From Bacillota bacterium (GTDB lineage: Bacteria; Bacillota; JAAYKD01), in NCBI GenBank assembly GCA_963666425.2, contig OY762825.2:1472001-1536000 (forward strand): 64,000 bases of DNA, read 5' to 3'. The notes below the pieces were generated by a model. It did not search any database. It had not been told where the DNA came from and worked only from the letters and a program-made list of their open reading frames with translations. The first letter of the stretch is position 1; every line of letters begins with the position of its first letter. The position numbers were made by a program, and so were the translations under genes. Positions 61,616 to 64,000 of the stretch are shown in pieces.

Positions 61616-62998
61616 ATGTCCGTGAAACCGATTTTTATCAGTATCAATCGTCCCCCATATTGCAAGACATATGAGGCTGATTTTGAGTATAACAAAGGTT
61701 TGGCAACGGCCCAAAAACAAAAGAACATCCTCGCGATCCATGATGTTTTCAGCAGTAAATATCCCGGAAAACAAATTCTGGAAATTTCCGCCAAAGCAAG
61801 CGAGCCGCTTGGCCTGGCACTGTGTGCCTTTCAACTGGAGAAACAAGTTCGCAGCCTGGAAAAAAGCATCGCCGTTGAAAACATCTACCAAGCCAGCCGC
61901 GTTTTTGAAAACGGCGGTCCTTTTTTAGAGATTTACGATTTAAAACCGAAAGCTGCCAAGAAATTCACGGAATTGAAAACAAACGGTAAACTGATTGGTT
62001 TCCGTTATGAAAATCAGGAATTTCCCCTGGAGCCGAAAACTGGTTTTTATACTTTCCTTTACGTCAATGCATTACTGGAAAACAAAAAATTGGCGGATCA
62101 GCTCTTACAATATGACGCTTTTACCGACATTGATTTTAATCCTGATAAAAATGTCAACAGCGCTGCCCGAGCTGCAGCTGTTTTTATCGCTTTATCCCGT
62201 TTAAATCTATTGGCGAAAGCGCAGGACTATGAAACGTTTGCCGCTCTGTTCCGCACTCCCCTGCCGCGCAAGAATGAGAACAAACAAATGTCCAGCAGCC
62301 TTAATCTGGTCAAGGGTGATATCACCATGATCAGCCGGATCGATGCGATCGTCAGCGCCGGTGATACCAAGCTTTCCGGCAGTGGAACAATCGATAAGCC
62401 AATCCATAAAGCAAGCGGTAAAGAACTGAAAGAAACGCTGAAGGATCTGACCATCCGGACCGGAGAAGCGGTCATAACCGCCAGTTATAATTTGGAAAGT
62501 GCCGACTATATCATTCATACCGCCGGTCCCAAATATAACAGAGGCAACAGCGGTGAGAAGGAATTACTGCAAAGAACCTACCAGGCTTGCCTGGACTGCG
62601 CCAAAGAAAATGGTCTTTACTCTATCGCATTCCCCTGTATCAGCATTGGCGCCTATCGTTATCCCAAGGTAGAAGCAGCCAAATTAGCGCTGCAGACCAT
62701 TAAGAAATGGTTTGAGAATAATACTTATGCCTTGGCAGTCACCCTGGTTTGTCTGACAGATGATGAAACAGAAGTTTATCAAAGAGTCTTATCCGCTTAT
62801 GCAAAAGATGAAGTGAAAAAACAAAACTCTGTTTTGCCAAAACAAAACTTTGAAGAGGGACAAACGATTTATCACAAAGTCTGGGGCGAAGGCATCTTAA
62901 CCCATGTTACCGATACACAAATTGATGTTCAATTCACCACGGTCGGTAAAAAAATCCTGATGCGGGACTGGGTCAATAAAAATTGTCAGATTCACTAA
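61616..62998 (+). CDS. DarT1-associated NADAR-like (DUF6977-like) domain + macrodomain + PcrA-CTD/Tudor-like fusion
   Basis: QKQK, LEIS.K, VE..YQ.S.VFENGGP, FPLEPKT.FY, FTDI.FNP; GDIT, DAIV, IIHT.GP, SIAFP.IS.G.Y.YP; G..I.H..WG.G.....V.F...G.K. Confidence 0.75.
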   Translation: MSVKPIFISINRPPYCKTYEADFEYNKGLATAQKQKNILAIHDVFSSKYPGKQILEISAKASEPLGLALCAFQLEKQVRSLEKSIAVENIYQASRVFENGGPFLEIYDLKPKAAKKFTELKTNGKLIGFRYENQEFPLEPKTGFYTFLYVNALLENKKLADQLLQYDAFTDIDFNPDKNVNSAARAAAVFIALSRLNLLAKAQDYETFAALFRTPLPRKNENKQMSSSLNLVKGDITMISRIDAIVSAGDTKLSGSGTIDKPIHKASGKELKETLKDLTIRTGEAVITASYNLESADYIIHTAGPKYNRGNSGEKELLQRTYQACLDCAKENGLYSIAFPCISIGAYRYPKVEAAKLALQTIKKWFENNTYALAVTLVCLTDDETEVYQRVLSAYAKDEVKKQNSVLPKQNFEEGQTIYHKVWGEGILTHVTDTQIDVQFTTVGKKILMRDWVNKNCQIH

Positions 62999-63005
62999 AG
63001 AGCAA

Positions 63006-63080
63006 AAGACAGGTCGCTATTGCAAAAGCAACTCCATCCAGAAGGAAGTTGCTTTTGCAAGCAGACCGGTCTTTTTTTTT
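63006..63080 (+). terminator. Long intrinsic terminator hairpin
   Basis: TTGCAAAAGCAACT...AGTTGCTTTTGCAA with outer stem and T9 tail. Confidence 0.75.
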
Positions 63081-63623
63081 AGCTGCAGCCAGCTGGCTTT
63101 TCTGCTGTCAACCGCATGGCTTGTACTTTTTGCTTTAACCTCGATCGCTCTGCTGAACAGTTATTGTTTTTAGCACGAAATCTCCTTTGCGGTTGGGTTT
63201 GAATAAGATATAAATTCGGATGCTTTTCTATTCTGATCGCTTGGTTATTTTTATTGCATAGTTTTGCCTGCTTCTAAGCATACGGCCGCCGAAAATTATA
63301 ATTAACTACTATATTTTAAGTTGAAAGTATCAATTGTTTTTGGGTAATTCAGTCTGATAAAAAAAATATTGTGGAAATAGATATCCTAATCAGCTTGCTT
63401 TCTGGCCGCTTATTTGTTATAATCGTTCTAATTTAAACGTATGAGACGCTGATACAGTTACATTTTCTTCATTTAAAATCTCTTTTCCATTCGTTTCGTT
63501 ACTTCTAAAATTGCAATCATGATGAATCTGGAAAACAAGATACAAAATGAAATCTGCTGTTTCGGTGATGCTGTCACCTGACAAACTAATTTTTTTCTAC
63601 AATTCGACAAGGAGGATTTTGGA

Positions 63624-64000
63624 ATGGCTGATTCAACTTTGACCCAAAGTGAAACGACTTTAGCAGATAAGAATCCCGAGACTTCCAATTCAGAAACCAA
63701 AGCTGTGACTCCTTTTTTGAGCAAAGACCGCATCATATCGTTGATAAAAGCGATCTTTATCAACGATAAGGAAGTTGAACCAATCGCCAAACCAGCCCGG
63801 AAAAGAACCGCTTTAGAGCGGACCAATACGGCTGGCAAGCTCTCTGACGCTCGAAAAAACCCGCTTCGCTTGGGAAATGATTCCGCATCGAATTTTCAAA
63901 CCACGATTATTGACAAGAATACTGTGATTGAAGGCAAGATCATCACTGAAGGTTCTGTCGAAGTAGCCGGGAAAATTGCAGGAGACATTATCGCCAAAGG
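63624..64000 (+). CDS. Polymer-forming cytoskeletal (bactofilin) domain protein, 5' part only
   Basis: AAGGAGG RBS; open frame to the window end finishing TIIDKNTVIEGKIITEGSVEVAGKIAGDIIAK; not in the ORF track because it is truncated. Confidence 0.8.
   Translation, partial: MADSTLTQSETTLADKNPETSNSETKAVTPFLSKDRIISLIKAIFINDKEVEPIAKPARKRTALERTNTAGKLSDARKNPLRLGNDSASNFQTTIIDKNTVIEGKIITEGSVEVAGKIAGDIIAK

Noticed and set aside
63473-63838. 121-aa minus-strand ORF
   Set aside because: Antisense shadow of the plus-strand bactofilin gene, which has a strong RBS

Overview
A 64 kb chromosomal window from a Bacillota (Clostridia-like, apparently divergent) bacterium. The backbone is mostly housekeeping: superoxide reductase and peroxiredoxin, a Met T-box-controlled metNIQ transporter, several D-amino-acid enzymes, a complete minus-strand rRNA operon (16S, tRNA-Ile, tRNA-Ala, 23S, 5S), an frlBD-amidohydrolase-racemase cluster, a heterodimeric ABC exporter, tldD/E, yvlB/D-like genes, uvrA/uvrC, dnaD/dnaC-like genes, dcyD, a FAS-II operon, an ECF sigma/anti-sigma pair, ymfFH and trxA. 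The accessory or unusual elements are: (1) a 5.8 kb eroded prophage bounded by a 44-bp att repeat that regenerates an ABC gene's C-terminus, with decayed integrase, CI and holin but intact AbiH and HigB/HigA-ImmA genes; (2) a ~150-bp-period array of strand-specific nested hairpins just past the rRNA terminator; (3) an orphan fusion of a NADAR-like domain, a degenerate macrodomain and a Tudor-like domain; (4) a membrane-anchored Cys/Asp-rich metallothionein-like protein; (5) a possible ECF-type promoter driving the fab operon. All family calls come from motif recognition by eye; no searches were run.
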